A stretch of 64,000 nucleotides of DNA. Origin: Mytilus californianus (lineage: Eukaryota). Position numbers and translations under genes: made by a program. The DNA lies in the NCBI RefSeq assembly GCF_021869535.1, contig NW_026262679.1:52390001-52454000 (forward strand). Reading direction: 5' to 3'. Below, piece after piece: positions 24,241 through 38,915 of the stretch; within the stretch, counting starts at the first letter, position 1; each line of letters begins with the position of its first letter. The notes under the pieces were generated by a model. That model worked only from the letters and a program-made list of their open reading frames with translations. It made no database searches and was not told where the DNA came from.

Positions 24241-27200
24241 TAAAGTAATTTTCACCGCGTAAGTTTGTGTAAAGCCTTTATCAGATAAAACTGACAGAGA
24301 ACTTTCATTTCCAATGTGTTTGGTATCCATCAGAGAATAATTTCTCTTCACCAAAAGCCAACGTATACCATGTTTTTTATTTGTATATGAAGTTCCGAAA
24401 TTTTCAACCGTTTTAGGCATCTCTTACTATGTAAATATTGTCCGAATTGTAGATACACATGCAAAACGTATTTTGGGTGAGATATAAACATTTTCGTTTT
24501 GATGAATATGAAGAGGTATCGTACGATTATGAACAATTGCATTAGGTTAATAGGAATTTATTTGAGATCAATTCTATTGTAAATTATTCGTTAAAATCAA
24601 AACGGTTTTCTTTTCGTCTAAAGCAACTACAGTCTATTTGGAAGACTTAAGTACAAAACGTATTGGTTGAAATTATTAAATGGAATAGCCTAGTTTTGAT
24701 CCCATATATTTTTCAATAAACAATCAGCAAATGAATATGCATCTCGTTTAACTAAAATAATTTTCAGCGTACTGTAAAATTAAACAACAGATTTTTAGAC
24801 CTATAGAGAAACAAGCCTATTTAAAGACTGAGTTTAACGTGCGGTATGGATGTGTCAGTTCGCTATAAAGTATTGTTTTCGTAAACCATTAGAAAATAAG
24901 AAGTATTTTTATCTAAGAAATTGAATGTTAATATTATAAGAAAATGTTGAAATAAATTTTGAATTTACTTGATTATTTTCATATATTAACAAGTACACAA
25001 TTTTGTAATCCATCATGAAGAGAACATAATAACTTTATGTTAAGGGTTTTGTATGTACAAAAAAGACAGTAGCATATGAAGATTTTGTATGATTGCCAAT
25101 GAAACAATTATCCCCCAGAGAATAATAACGTAAATATGAATAAAGTCATGATAACCGGAAAACCAACTCAAACGAGAACATCAACTATCCTCTACAAAAC
25201 AATGAACGAAACTCGATATGACACACAGCAACCAACGACAACCACTGAATAACAGGCTTTTCCAAATCTTGTTTGCTATCTTCTTTGTAAGCTATTATGT
25301 TATCTATTTCCTATAAGTGACATAGGTTAGAGGAATGTATGTATGATTTACATCTAAACAATCGAATCCATATGAAGTGAATCACCACTTCAGAACAGTC
25401 AAATGGAATCATAACATGGTACGTGCCAAATAACAAAGAGAACAATTCGTTTTGTAAACTTCCAGAACAGCAACAATGCAAAACGTCAATACGGCCTTGC
25501 CTAGTGAAGAGAAAGAGGTGGGTTGATGAATCTATTTACGCAGCATAAAAGAGACAGGAGCCTGATATAAACACCTCGCAATTGACTTTTTTGTTGGTTC
25601 CTATTAGTGATTTTGTTCTGCAAAATATATATTTGAATTGTTTGTAGGAAAGTCATAAATATTTGATCTTGCAAAAACAATTCTAAAAAACAAAGGTTTC
25701 TAAAATAAAATCTTTCTGGTTTCTATGTTAAAAAATAAATTTGACAGATATCGTTATAGAAGGTATGCTCAGGTTTCCAGTATTCATATAGTCATTTAAT
25801 TATTTACTTGATACATGACGTCATTAGGGCTTAATATTTCTGATACCCCACTATGACTACCATGTTAAAAAATAACATATCATATATAATGTGATTAAAG
25901 TATAAAAATATTGTTAAGAAAACTAATAGTTAATTAAATCCAGTAGAGATGTGAATTAAAAACCCAGAAAACAACCAATCGCTGTCAAAACGATTGGGCG
26001 ACGTTGTTTTATGGTGTCACATCATTAAATACGCAAATCGTTTGACCCATGGCATATTATTTCAACGATTGTCCCAGAGTAATTTATGCAGAATAATGTC
26101 GTTAATCAGACGTTAAACTTATCCCAAATTGCTTAATTGTAGCACAAAAGACTAAACCAGTAAACAACATTTTCCTTACTGAAAGGCAAACAATTCTATA
26201 TGATCTACATTATATTTTGACTTTTAAAAACTTTTATATTTCATGATATAATTTAATGCGTACGGACACTCGTACTAAAACTTAAATGTTTGTTTTTTTG
26301 TTTTTGACTCGTTACAGTAGCACTTGACACTCAGTACATGTTTTAAGTGCAAATTACACTCTTGTCGTCGCTTAAAAAAAGAGCAGAAAGATACCAAAGG
26401 GACATTTAAACTCATAAGTCGAAAATAAAGTGACAACGCCATGGCAAAAAAAAAAAGAAAATGACCAAATGACAAACAACAGTATACAAAACACAACATA
26501 GAAAACTAAAAACAGGGCAACACGAACCCCACCAAAACCGGGGAAGATCTCTGGTGTCCGGAAGGGTAAGGAGATACTACTCCACATGTTGTATTAAAGT
26601 ATACATGAATATCAATTAAGTTTCACCAAGTATAACACATATACTATTTTATACAATAAAATTTAATTGCTATATATAAAAACAAAAGCAAACAGAAAAA
26701 TTAAAATAAAAAAATGTCAAGTAAATCACAGAACAGTTTAAAAAAAAAAAAAAAAAGAAAAAAAAAAAAAAAAAACAAGGGAAAATTCAGTTTTGTTTTA
26801 AATGAAAGCTTATTTATTTGCAAAACTATTCTATTCTAAATAATGATAATAGTATTTTATTCTAAGCATTGAACATAGAAGTTAATATTGCTGGATAAGA
26901 TTGCCTAGTCAAACAGATATTTGCGACAGCAAAATCAAGAGTTACAAATCAAGTAGCTAATGCTAATATCCTATCCTGGTTCCTAATATTTATTTTGACA
27001 GCCCTTTCCAGTAGGCATTTCGTTACGACCCGAATATTATGATTTTGCCTTGAATCAAAAAATCCAGAAACTTCTTTTAGAACAATTACATACTTTTTAA
27101 TTTTTAATTTAATTTTGGAATTTACGATGTTGAACTTGTATGAAATATTCAGTTAGGCATAATACATTTTTTTTTATAGAAGACCTTTCTATACATTATT

Positions 27201-27879
27201 CCCTTTTCGATTCATTGGTTCAGCTGACCCATGTTATTTAAGAGAAGATGTAAATGTAATTGATGTTTTATTGGAATATAGGTGACATCAAATATATTTC
27301 TGTTATTGGAACCCTTAATGTGAATTCTGGTCTGTATTTTTTGTTACTTTGTCCTACTTAACACCACCCCTCAATTCTTTGCGATACTTGCAGTATTATG
27401 GTTCTTTTCGTCTATAGCTACTGGTTGTATAATACTGTTTAATTCTAATTAACTGACCAATTTAGACAGACATGGTATGCAACTGTACAGAACTCTCCAA
27501 AAGCTTTAAAGTATAGTAAGACTATTTTGAAGACTACTTCAATATTGTAGATGATAAAAATACTGTTTATTGATAAAATATTGTTTATTTTTGTAGATTT
27601 AGAACTATGAACCCAGAAATGCCTTTTAAAATTGGTAGATGGCAAATCGTATGTGTTCTGTATGTAATTCCGGTCATATTGGCTACGAGTTTTCGTTATA
27701 TTTTGTAATTTTTGGAAATAGAAGAAACCAATAAAAAAGTCTTTTAAAGCATCGTTTTGTCAACAGACCAACTATTCTAGAATTTAAGTTCTAATGAATG
27801 GCAACAACCCTTCTAAACTAAACACGTTGTACAAATTTATTCGAATACTTAATAAATGCCTAGAGTTTTCTAGGTAACC

Positions 27880-30290
27880 ACTTAATAGAATCGAAAATGG
27901 AAATGGGAATGTGTAAAAGAGACAACAACCCGCCCGAGAGCAAAAAAAACCAGCACAAACCAACAATGATGCTTCAATCCAGCGAAACAAAAAAATCCCG
28001 CACCCGGAAGCGGGATTCAGCAGGCCTCCTAAACAATAATGTATACTAGTTTAGCGAAATGAACGCCACTTTAAACTCCTAAACATAAACTCCTAAACAT
28101 ACAAATGAACCAAAATATAAAAAAAACAAAAAAACACAAGATTAACAAAGGCTAGAGATTCCTGAATTGGGACAAGCTCAAAAATGTGGCGGGGTTAAAC
28201 AAGTTTTTTTGTGATTACAAGCCTTCCCCTTTACCTCTAGCCAATGTGGAATAAACAAACACACAGAAAAACGCACAGTATAATTCAGTTCAAAAGAAGT
28301 TCGAGTCCGAAATTAGAATAGGTAACAGAAGAAACTAAACAAAATGACAATGATAAACACAAATTAACAAAGAAGTTACTGACATGCCAGCTCCAGACTT
28401 AAATTAAACTGATTGATAAATTAAGTCGTTATCATATGAAAATCAACCATAATTCCTCCCGTTAGGGGTTTAGTATCATACCATCATAAATTATACGAGA
28501 AGAACAAACCCGTATTATTCCAACAACTGATTTTAAATAAATTTGTTTATTTCCGATGCAAAGACTCTATGAGTGAATCAATACTAATTCAAAAAATTAC
28601 CATCTCTAATGACTTGACAGGAGTATCGTAACTATATCCTTTGTGTTTAAGTCTGTTTAAAGGTTTGGTAAGTATTAAGTATTTGAGATGAATGACATTT
28701 TTTATTTTTGTGTAGAATATTTTCATAAAAGATGGAATGTGAAATACGTGAACATATATCTGCACGTTGATTTATGTTTACAAATGATGTTCTTGTAGCA
28801 ATGATAAAATTTAGTAAAAGTATTGACAAGTTTGTAATATCAAAAACCCTGGTGTAATAATTTTTCAGTAACACAGAGATTTCTTTCTTTAAATCAAATA
28901 CGTTGTTACATAATACACGAGTTAATCGAACACGTTGGGATATATAAACACCATAAGATGGTGCCAAGGGAACGTCTCAATCTAAAAACTGATAATTAAC
29001 ATTAGGAAATAAAAAGTCATCTCTTTTATCATAAAATTTAGTATTAAGCTTCCCGTTAGAGAACTAGATATCAAGATCCAGGAAAGGGCAGTGTTCATTG
29101 TTAGTATTAGCTTTATTTAAAGTAAGTTCAACAGGATAAATCTCTTTAGTGTACATACTAAACATGTCATTTTTGAGAGCCCAAAATATCATCCAAATAT
29201 CCAAACGTGGTATTCAATTTTTGCATCTATTGTTTCGATGGGTCTCGTTTGATTTTAGACATAAATTGTGATTCGTAACAATACAGAAACAGACTCGCAG
29301 CAAGTAGTGCACAGTCAGTCTTCATTGGAAATCCGATAACTTGGCGATATCCGGAATCTCCATAGCGAACAAAAATGTTACATAGTAAATATGCAAGTGC
29401 AATTATAATATCAAAGCAGGTCCAGTTGACATATTTCTTTTCTTTGTTGTTACTAAAAAATGACATAAAAGAGTTTGACCACATATATTTACATTCACTT
29501 TTAAAATACCCATTTAATTAGGTATGTGAATTTTTCCTTCATGAGATTATGAGGCAAAGTAGTATGTAGGGTTCAAAAAACCAAATTTCGAACGGATTCG
29601 AAAGCACCAATATAAGCATGCAATTACTTCCAACGAATTTTTGACACTCCAAAAGTGATTAATTCAACTTTACGTAGACCTTATATGAAAAATGTATTAC
29701 CAGGCTTTTGAAGTGTACTAGTAAGTAGAATAGACAGTTTAGTAGAGGAACAATAGCTTGAAGACGAAATAAATGTATATTTGTAAGGTGTTGTTTGCAG
29801 CTTCGGAAGCCAGTACATAGTTGTAACTTTCGAGTTATTCTGTTCTGTTTGTAAAGAGGTATCAAACAGTTTATATAAATAAGAAGATGTGGTATGAGTG
29901 CCAATGAGACAACTCTCCATCCAAGTCACAATGTATAAAAAGTTAACAGTTTGTTTATGTTTGTCATTTTCAGAAAATTGAGTCAGTTGGAATATTGGTG
30001 AATTTGTGATTCCCCTCTACAGAACCTCAAATATGAAATTTACGTGAGACAATCATTGTCAGCCTTATCAGCTGGGAGTTCTTTTAGCTTATGTTTGATA
30101 CGAGAAATAGGGCTATTTTGGTTGTTGTTAGGAGTAAAATGTTCTTTAAAATGTTTAATACGAATATCAACAATTTTCATTACTGAATTGAAAAAGATTC
30201 TAAGGATATTTTGTCAACTTTTTCTCGTTTTATCCATTTTATACAATACGTTTATATCACTTTTTACAGTAAGTTTGGAGTGAATCGTTG
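27880..30290 (-). mobile_element. Degenerate Penelope-like retroelement (second subfamily), multiply frameshifted
   Basis: Collinear RT-like peptides on the minus strand: TMYWLPKLQTTPYKYTFISSSSYCSSTKLSILLTSTL (29681-29929), NIFVRYGDSGYRQVIGFPMKTDCALLAASLFLYCYESQF (29227-29484) and APSYGVYISQRVRLTRV (28647-28967). A non-coding 3' region follows. A repeat fragment interrupts it at ~29875-29945. Confidence 0.85.
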
Positions 30291-32529
30291 ATGATGTCAC
30301 GACACTCATTCCAATTAATTATGTCTCTACCTTGAATTTGTATCGATGTATGTTAATCTATTTGTATATATCTCTATACCATTATACATTGGTTTACGAG
30401 AATAAAGATTTATATATCTATAGTATTTATATCATTATTCAATTTGACTAAATTTGATGGAAAAATAAATTGCACTGATTTCGAAGGCATTTGTTTTTTA
30501 TTTTGTAAATGTAAAACAGGAATCTACATAAATTAACAAGTTAGAAGAATACTTCAACTGGATAATTAATTACTCAAATTGATAAACTATGTGATTTTTT
30601 TTTTGTTGGTAATGACATTTTAATGACTAAATAACTCATCAAAGACATACATCTTAATTATTTCTTCTCATCTTACAAAGAAATAACGAGCTCAGCTTCC
30701 GTTATGTAAATTATTTGTTCTTCCGAATAGTTTAAGCATACTACAAGATAAAAAAAAAATCATTTTTTTAATGTATTGATTCAACATGATCAGACATTGA
30801 TTAAAACTGTTGCATAATAGACTATCTTTCTATTTAAGAAAAAAATAAATAATACGTGTCATACTTCAGGAAGGAAAGGAGTATATTTGCTATTATGAAT
30901 ACAAACACAGCTATCTCCACATATCTAATTTAGAAATTCTATCATTTTTCATATTATGGTTGCCTATCCGTGGCTAATTGTTACAAAATACATGTATGCT
31001 GATATCTTTGGACAACCTGAAGCATGAATTCAAACACAATGACATTTACTTTCTTATCATTGTTTTTAAAAAACAGCATGATACATTTTAGATAAGTTTT
31101 AAAAAATGTTTATATTTGAGGAAGGACAGTACTGTAATTGAAGATTTGCCGTCGGAAATGCATTTTACTGACGACACCACCCCTAATTGACGGTGGCAAC
31201 TCTCAAAATACAGTGCTGTTCTTATATTTTTATGCAGTCTCAAACAAAATTGAACTATTAAAAAAACGTTGACTGCAATTGGGCAACAATGTTGCCAATG
31301 AGATTTCTAGCGTCAACCGTGAAATTGACAGTAGACGTCATTCAATCAAAACAGGCGTTACATAGATATTGCATTAGAATCCCATTTGACTCTCCCCGGA
31401 TTCTTGAATAGAATTAAGGCCATTCAGCTAGTCTCGTTTCTGATTATTGACTCTTAGGATTCTTAAATGAAACGCCATTTACCTTTGAACGCCTTCTACT
31501 ATTATATACTAAAAAAAGTACTTGTAATATCATCCGGAAATATTTTAATCAATATTTTCCATGAAATTTAGGCATTAATTTTCTACTTACAATAACATTA
31601 CTGCCTTTCCATTCGTTTTGACATATTCAAAATATTGGATTTGAGAATCAAAATTAATATTCATGAACAAATAAATCAGAAACCTTTGTAAAAGACAACA
31701 TGAAAAAAATGCACATGACATTTGATGTTGAAATAACCATCATCAAGAATGCATAAAATCTAAAGTCTTGTAAAATAAATGCGCAGGTTGTTTATAAATA
31801 CTACAGATGGACCTAAATAGTTCGGCCAAGACTGTCCAATACAAAATTGTCTTGAAAGAGTTTTAGTGTAATCGTTATTTTGGATATGAAAATTAAGTGT
31901 AAAATATCAGTTTAATGAAGCAAATGTCGAAGAACTGGCGTAAGGGGGGGAGGGGAATGCTTCGGAGAGGTTCAAACCGACTTATGTTCAACAGCGAGCA
32001 AGCGTAACTAATACAAACATTTGATTGTTCTGTCCTTATTATTTCTTACATTTTTTGTTTACCTTATAAATTTACATAGGATTTACAGATCATATGTACA
32101 TATTCGTCACAAAATCGTTTAAAAAGATTTTTAATATTGTATATATTCTTATATTTCAATTTTAGCGCATGCGTGAGTGTACTGTATCAATTGTGTCATA
32201 GGTATCCACATATAGAACATTTGTTCATCTATTATATTAAAATCATTAATATTCTAAATATAAGAATGGAATATTCAGCATAATATTTTTTTTTTCTCAT
32301 CCAATATAATATGCATAACCTATCAAAACTGATATGTTTAACTACGTGTAATATAAGATTGCAATTTTAAATATATAAAAATAATTTTTTATTCATGAAA
32401 ATCATTAGACATTGTAGGACTGAGTTTTTTGTCCAAAAATAGTTACTGCATGATTTCTGTGTTGGCTACACAGTAATACAAAAAAATATTTGCTACCTAT
32501 ACTGACAAAAACTAAGTAAATTTAAGCTT

Positions 32530-32900
32530 TTTATCCAATTGGATACAATATTCCAGAGCTTGCGATAACTTTCAGACTCTACTGAAGTAAGAGTTCAAAC
32601 AGGTAGTTTCTTCGAAAGTTTTACGAAAGTCATCAAGATTCAAATGCCAGTTAAGAAAAATGTCTTGGCCGTGCCTATGTTGCTCTTGACGTAGCCACAA
32701 TCCCTTCCTCTTTTCCTTGTTCCTGAATTTCATAGAATGCAATCTTCCATCGGATTTTCTTGCTATGAACAACATAATATGTGCAACTGGAGAAACAGAA
32801 ACTGTTAATCATTCAAAAGCACCAGAAATGTGTCCAAAGTTTTAGAACGGTTCATGTTGCGCTATCTTTTGTTTTTGTGCTGTACTTTATGAACTGTTTG
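32530..32900 (+). mobile_element. Highly degenerate Penelope-like 3' fragment
   Basis: Patchy similarity to 850-1250 of this window (e.g. CCAATTGGATACAATATTCCAGAGCTTG versus CCCAGTTGATACGAAATTCCAGGGCTTG). Confidence 0.45.
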
Positions 32901-35900
32901 GAGCTGTCAATTATGATTTAATTTAAGATTTTGATCTATCCTTAGTAACTTCTTACAATTTTTCCTTAAACAGTTAAATTTGATTTACATTGGGCTTACA
33001 ACCGGGCTGATAAGTCAAGCCTTTTCCAACGTATTATACAGTTTATTTGTATGCTGTGTTGTTACACCAGTATCCCAGATAAAGGAAAGGGTGAATAATT
33101 AAGAATCTATTAAAAACCATATGATACTTCAGAAAAAGTTGAATATGTTTTGTTTCTTCAGTGGCTAATTTGTACTATAAAACGGGTGTACATGTTTAAA
33201 TAATGTCCTCCTGTACTCTACTTCACCAATAGCTTAACCACATGCAGTTACCAAACCAAGTACTTCGACAACCGCACATCGCCAAGTGCGAGGGAAAAAC
33301 CGTGACGACAGAAAAGGTAAACAAACACGGAAGTTAAATGGTGTTATAATTGATTTTGAAAAAATAAAAAAATAAAACACCAAATCATATAACAACAGTT
33401 ATGACAAAGTCTAATTAACAAATAGAAATGCATGGGAAATATTTAAAAACAAAATTAAACACTCTATTGCATGTCTATATAATCTCATTTAAGTTTCACC
33501 TTGCTCCATGATTCTTTGTTGCTTGTTTATTTATGTTGCGTTCAGTAAACTTCCGCAATAAAACACGAAAGTTATTAGCAGTTAAACTTTTCGCTGAATG
33601 AAATATTTTTTGTCTATTAAATGTTTTTGATATATCGTAATAAATCTAAAACAGATCGTGAATACAGGACTTTAATATATATACATGCATTGGTTTAATA
33701 ATTTCCGCTACGTTATAATTCCAAGAAACTCGTTGTTTATGACTTTAGATACAACATTGAAATTGAGAATGGAAACTGGGAATGCGTCAAGGAGACAACA
33801 ACCCGACCAAAGAGCAGAAAACAGCCCAAGGCCATCAATTGGTCGTCAACACAGCGAGAAAATCTCACACCCGCAGGCGGGCTTCAGCTGGCCCCTAAAG
33901 AATTATGTATACTAGTTCAACTGAAATGGACGTCACACTAATAATACGTTTCTTGATGAATAGTTACTTCATTTTTGTAATAATCTGAAACAATGTAACT
34001 GAAGTTAAATTGAAATTACATATGGTTTCACATGGCCTAACAGTTCTGATTTAGCCTCTAAAACATGATATGTCTTACGAAAACGATGTCACTTTTATAT
34101 CACAATCCTTTACTATGCAATAAAATATATTGATTTGTTTGTAGTATACTTATATGCAGATACATTGTTTGGGATCATTTTGCGTCATTACAACTTTATT
34201 CCTAGTAGCTTGTGTTAAATCAAAATTCTTATTAATGTTCATAAATAAGTTTGTTCTGGTAAATTAAATACTCTTCTTTTCTCCTTTTGATTATTTTAAA
34301 ATAGCCATGCTATATAATATACTTGTCTATGACTATTGTGACATAATCTAGTATCAGTTTAATACAAATAGAAATGATAAATCGTGAAAATTTACAAATC
34401 CATATTATTCAATAGACTTAACAAACACAGACATTTTTCAGACATGATGTATGTTATGTCGTGTCGTAATAGTTCTTGGTGCAAAAACGGTTATATTTTT
34501 CCGTACATTCCTATCTCTGGTGCACAAGCACTGTATGTGCTTTCTATTTTTGAAGAAGATGATACATTGAAATGATTTTTATGTATAAAAGAGAGGGGAC
34601 AGATACCAAAGGGATATTCAAACTGATAATAGATATAGAAAGATGTGGTATGAGTGCCAATGAGACAACTCTCCATCCAAGTCACAATTTGTAAAAGTAA
34701 ACCATTATAGGTCAAAGTACGGCCTTCAACACGGAGTCTTGGCTCACACCGAACAGCAAGCTATAAAGGGCCCCAACAATGACTAGTGTAAAACCATTCA
34801 AACAGGAAAACCAACGGTCTAATCGAGAAACGAGAAACACTTATGAACCATTTCAACAAACGACAACCACTGAACATCAGGTTCCTGACTTAGGACAGGT
34901 GCAAGTCGAAAACAAACTGACAATGCCTTGGCAAAAAACGATAAACGATAAAAGACAAACAATAGTATACAAAGCATATCATAGAAAATTTTCTGATATT
35001 AAACCATATGGAAAATGTTTATTAAATAAAATACCCATGAGTATTTCCTGACAGAAACTAAGTATGACTAAACGAATATATTGAGTATACTTCAATGAGA
35101 GAGTAATCCAACGGTACAAAAAGGCATCAAAGATCAACTGATGGTCTTAAATAGATAGGTGTATATACAACATACTCTAAAACTACCTAAGTCTTTAACA
35201 ATAAATTTTACAGACTATCGAAGTTCTACAAACACCTTCAATTCAATAAAAGACAGAAGAGTCAACATAAAACAAAAACATGCTGTTTTGTATGTTTGTA
35301 TATCAGCACCTATAATGTTTAAATGGGATTATGACATTCACCAGTATAACAGGCTAGGGTCATACAATATGTGGATATGTTATATTTAACTAAATATGAA
35401 GAACTAATTTGATTTCAAAAAGTTTACTGTATGTTGAAAATTGTTGGGATTGACAGGAAACAGCAAACAACAAACAGTTGATAAGGCGAGTGCAATAAGG
35501 TGTCAGTTTTTACTCAGTGTTGACAACTTCAGTTTTACTTTGAGATAAAGAACAACATAAGAAAGCGTTATTTCGATGCTTTTGGTATTCTTAACTTCGT
35601 GTTGATTAAGATGAACAAAAGTTATTATATCATAGATAGCTGTAAAATTTGAGGTTGGACGAAATGCAAAAGTGTTAAAACAAACAGTAACTTCATATAA
35701 AAATGCCAAGCAAGTGATTCAGGTTCTTAAATCATCGAGTTTTGTTCAATGATTCCTTTTCAGCAATATATTGATAATATGCAAAACTGAAATTAATGCT
35801 GTCCGCACTTAATAGGCATCATATAGTTTTATATTATCATACGGATCAATAACTACAATAGGTATACGTGTCCTTGGTGCTACAGGAACTATTCATCCTT

Positions 35901-38704
35901 CCGGTGCACAAACACAGAATATTTTGAACTTAATAAGAATTCAATTCATTCAACAAATGGAGTTTCATTTTTTCATTTGATCAGGTTGAATTCCACCTTT
36001 TTCTGAACACGATTTAGACGAATTCAAGTTTTTATCCAACACATTAGACAGAAGATTTAATGGAGAAAAAAAAACAATGACTAACAGCGAAATGTTCAGA
36101 ATGAAGCATGGATGTTTCATAACCGTACTGTGAATAGTTTTTTTTTCTTTAAATGAACATTGAATTTTGGAAAACTTAATGAATTGCAAAACATATTAAA
36201 ACAAAATTTGCATACTTTTAATAATGTTTTTTTTTTTCGTAGCATTCGTTTTACAAGATATTTATCAAATTAATAGCCTCACATATCAATACAGTTTAAT
36301 AAAATATTAAACACAAATATGTTTTTTTTATAGAAAACTTCATAATTGTGCCAATGAATCATAAATTTTAAGAGTCTCTGTTGGCAACATTAATCAATAC
36401 AATAAGAAATTGATATAACTAACATAGTAACAAAGTGCATGTACTAAGTAAAAAATAATATAGTGTTTTTAAATGGGTGTTTTCATATTAATCCTGTATT
36501 ATGTTCAAGTACAGCCGTATTGGGTCTAGGTTAGCTGTATTGGCTCGAGGCATGTATTTTCAAAGGTTCGAAGGGTCCTTTGCATATTCATACAACTTTG
36601 GTCCAATCAAAAAGGTGCTTATTTAAGATTGTCAACCCTACAAACTTCTCTCACTTCGGACTGCGCCCTCAGAAAAATGATCTTTAACGGTTGACATTTC
36701 TGGATATTCACCCTTTTTATGGTCCATAATTGTATATATTCAAAAATTAAAATAGAATATGAAAAATAACTATAACTCTTAAATTAAACTTGTTGAAACA
36801 TAATTTTCGCGTACAACTCTAGCTCGATGAACAACAATTGAAAACAGAAAAAAAATAATGCAGTTATCTCTTTTATTATCTGAAATATTACTGATTGAAT
36901 TCTTTCAAAATGGGTGAACATTTTTATAAAAGCACATAAAAATCGGCGAAAAACATTCTTAGATTTGTCTTAAAATCATCAAATCTCTAATTTCTAATAC
37001 ATTTTCTTAAAAACTATATGTTGTTGATACATAAATTTCCGTTTCAATGATGTAAAATAAATCAACAATGAGAAAAAACCATACCGTATAGTCGGCTTTA
37101 AAAGGCCTCGACATAATGTAGTTTGGGGGTAAGGGAAAGTAGGACAAAATTTGAAGTGAAAGAAGAGTAAAAATTTTACCAAATAAAACATAGCAGTAAT
37201 AGTTTTCAAACCATTAAAACAATTCGATTTTAAAGATTTTGAAGCTAAATGTGTTGAATCTTTTCATAACCAGAATTTAAAACAAATGACAATCAAGACA
37301 GTGGCACCACAGTCTCAAAAGTTAACATTTTCCTCATTCCTTTTAAAAGTGTTAAGGGATTTTACTCTTCCCTCCAATGTGGCTGTAATTATGATTGAAC
37401 CTTTCTACTGTTCGGGCCAATATAACAATCATCAAAATCTGATCTGACTATACATTACCTTAGAACATTACAATCTTCCGATTATATTTTGTTTTCAATG
37501 TTAATATAAGAATAGGAAAAATGCAAACTAAACTTAATGATCTTCTTGTAACTGATATCACTTACAGACGCATTGGAACAAGTTCAATACAAAATCAGTC
37601 ACGTGAGTCATACATATAATTTTAAAAATGGAAGAAGTGTTCTGATTTGATAACCAAAAGTAACGTCCTTTATTCCTGTTATTCCTTAGTTCGTGTTGAT
37701 CAGTCTTTAGTTTTCTATGCTGTGTTTTGTGTACTGTTGTTTTTCTTTTTCTTTTTTAGCCATGGCATTGTCAGTTTATTTTCGACTTATGAGTTTAAAT
37801 GTCCCTTTTGTATCTTTCGCCTCTCTTGTTCCATCAATCGATGTTCATTCTAAGACGATTGTTTACAGAATTTTAACGACAAGTTTTTTAATATCAACAC
37901 AATTAGCGTCTAGATCTTGTTAAAAATTGATCCGTATTCATTGAAAATAGTACCAAGTGGATTACGGAACAATAAAGATAATCTGTAGTGTTTTTGTTCA
38001 TCAAGAGGTGGTCATACATAAAATTATCGACTGCATTTCTTGAAAATGTATTCGCTAGTATTAAAGTAATGGGTTTAAAGATCGTATAAGGGTCAGTACT
38101 GTATAGAAAAGACTACAAGAAAACGCTTTTGATTTAAGTATTTAAAAAGTCTTTTCATCATTCGAACATGATTGTAAACACAATGCTTATAATTCAGTTC
38201 TTCAAATTGAGCCAGTCCATTTTAAAATGAAACATCATTTTATGTAATTATAGAATACTAACAAATAAATCATAGCTAAAACAGAAATAATGATTAAACT
38301 TTCAGAAGATTTGTTCTAAAAACTAAATTAGCAGTTGTTGAAAAATGTGTGAGTCTGAACATTAGAACATTATAAGCAATAATACCTCATATACAAACAG
38401 TCGTATTAAATTAAGAAATTCATTTGATACTATCAAGACATAAAAGAGAAATCAAATGTATTTGTTTATTGAAGTTAAAGTTTATGCAAATTTTGTATGA
38501 ACAAATTGTATGAACAAATTGTCCTACACCTTAATTTTAAGTAATATATTTATTGACGTTCGGCAAAACTTCATTTTTCCAGATTTAACTTATTATAACT
38601 GCGATCTTACTCAATGTTCATGGTTTATAAATATCTTCAGATGTATAAAGAACTTGTTTTCTATGAAATGGAAAATATTCCATAAGTATAATGAATAAGA
38701 ATTG

Positions 38705-38915
38705 AAACTGCAGAAGAATGACGGATGGCGAATTTCGATTAACTTAAAACTGCAGAAGAATGACGGATAGCGAATTTCGATTAACTTAAAACTGCAGAAA
38801 AATGCCGGATAGCGAATTTCAATTAACTTAAAACTGCAGAAGAATAATGAGGAATAGCACAATTCGCTTAGCCTTAAACTGCAGAAGAAGAATGTGAAAT
38901 TGCAAAATTCGATTT
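38705..38915. repeat. 42-bp minisatellite, about 5 copies
   Basis: Unit AAACTGCAGAAGAATGACGGATAGCGAATTTCGATTAACTTA; the last copies are degenerate. Confidence 0.9.
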
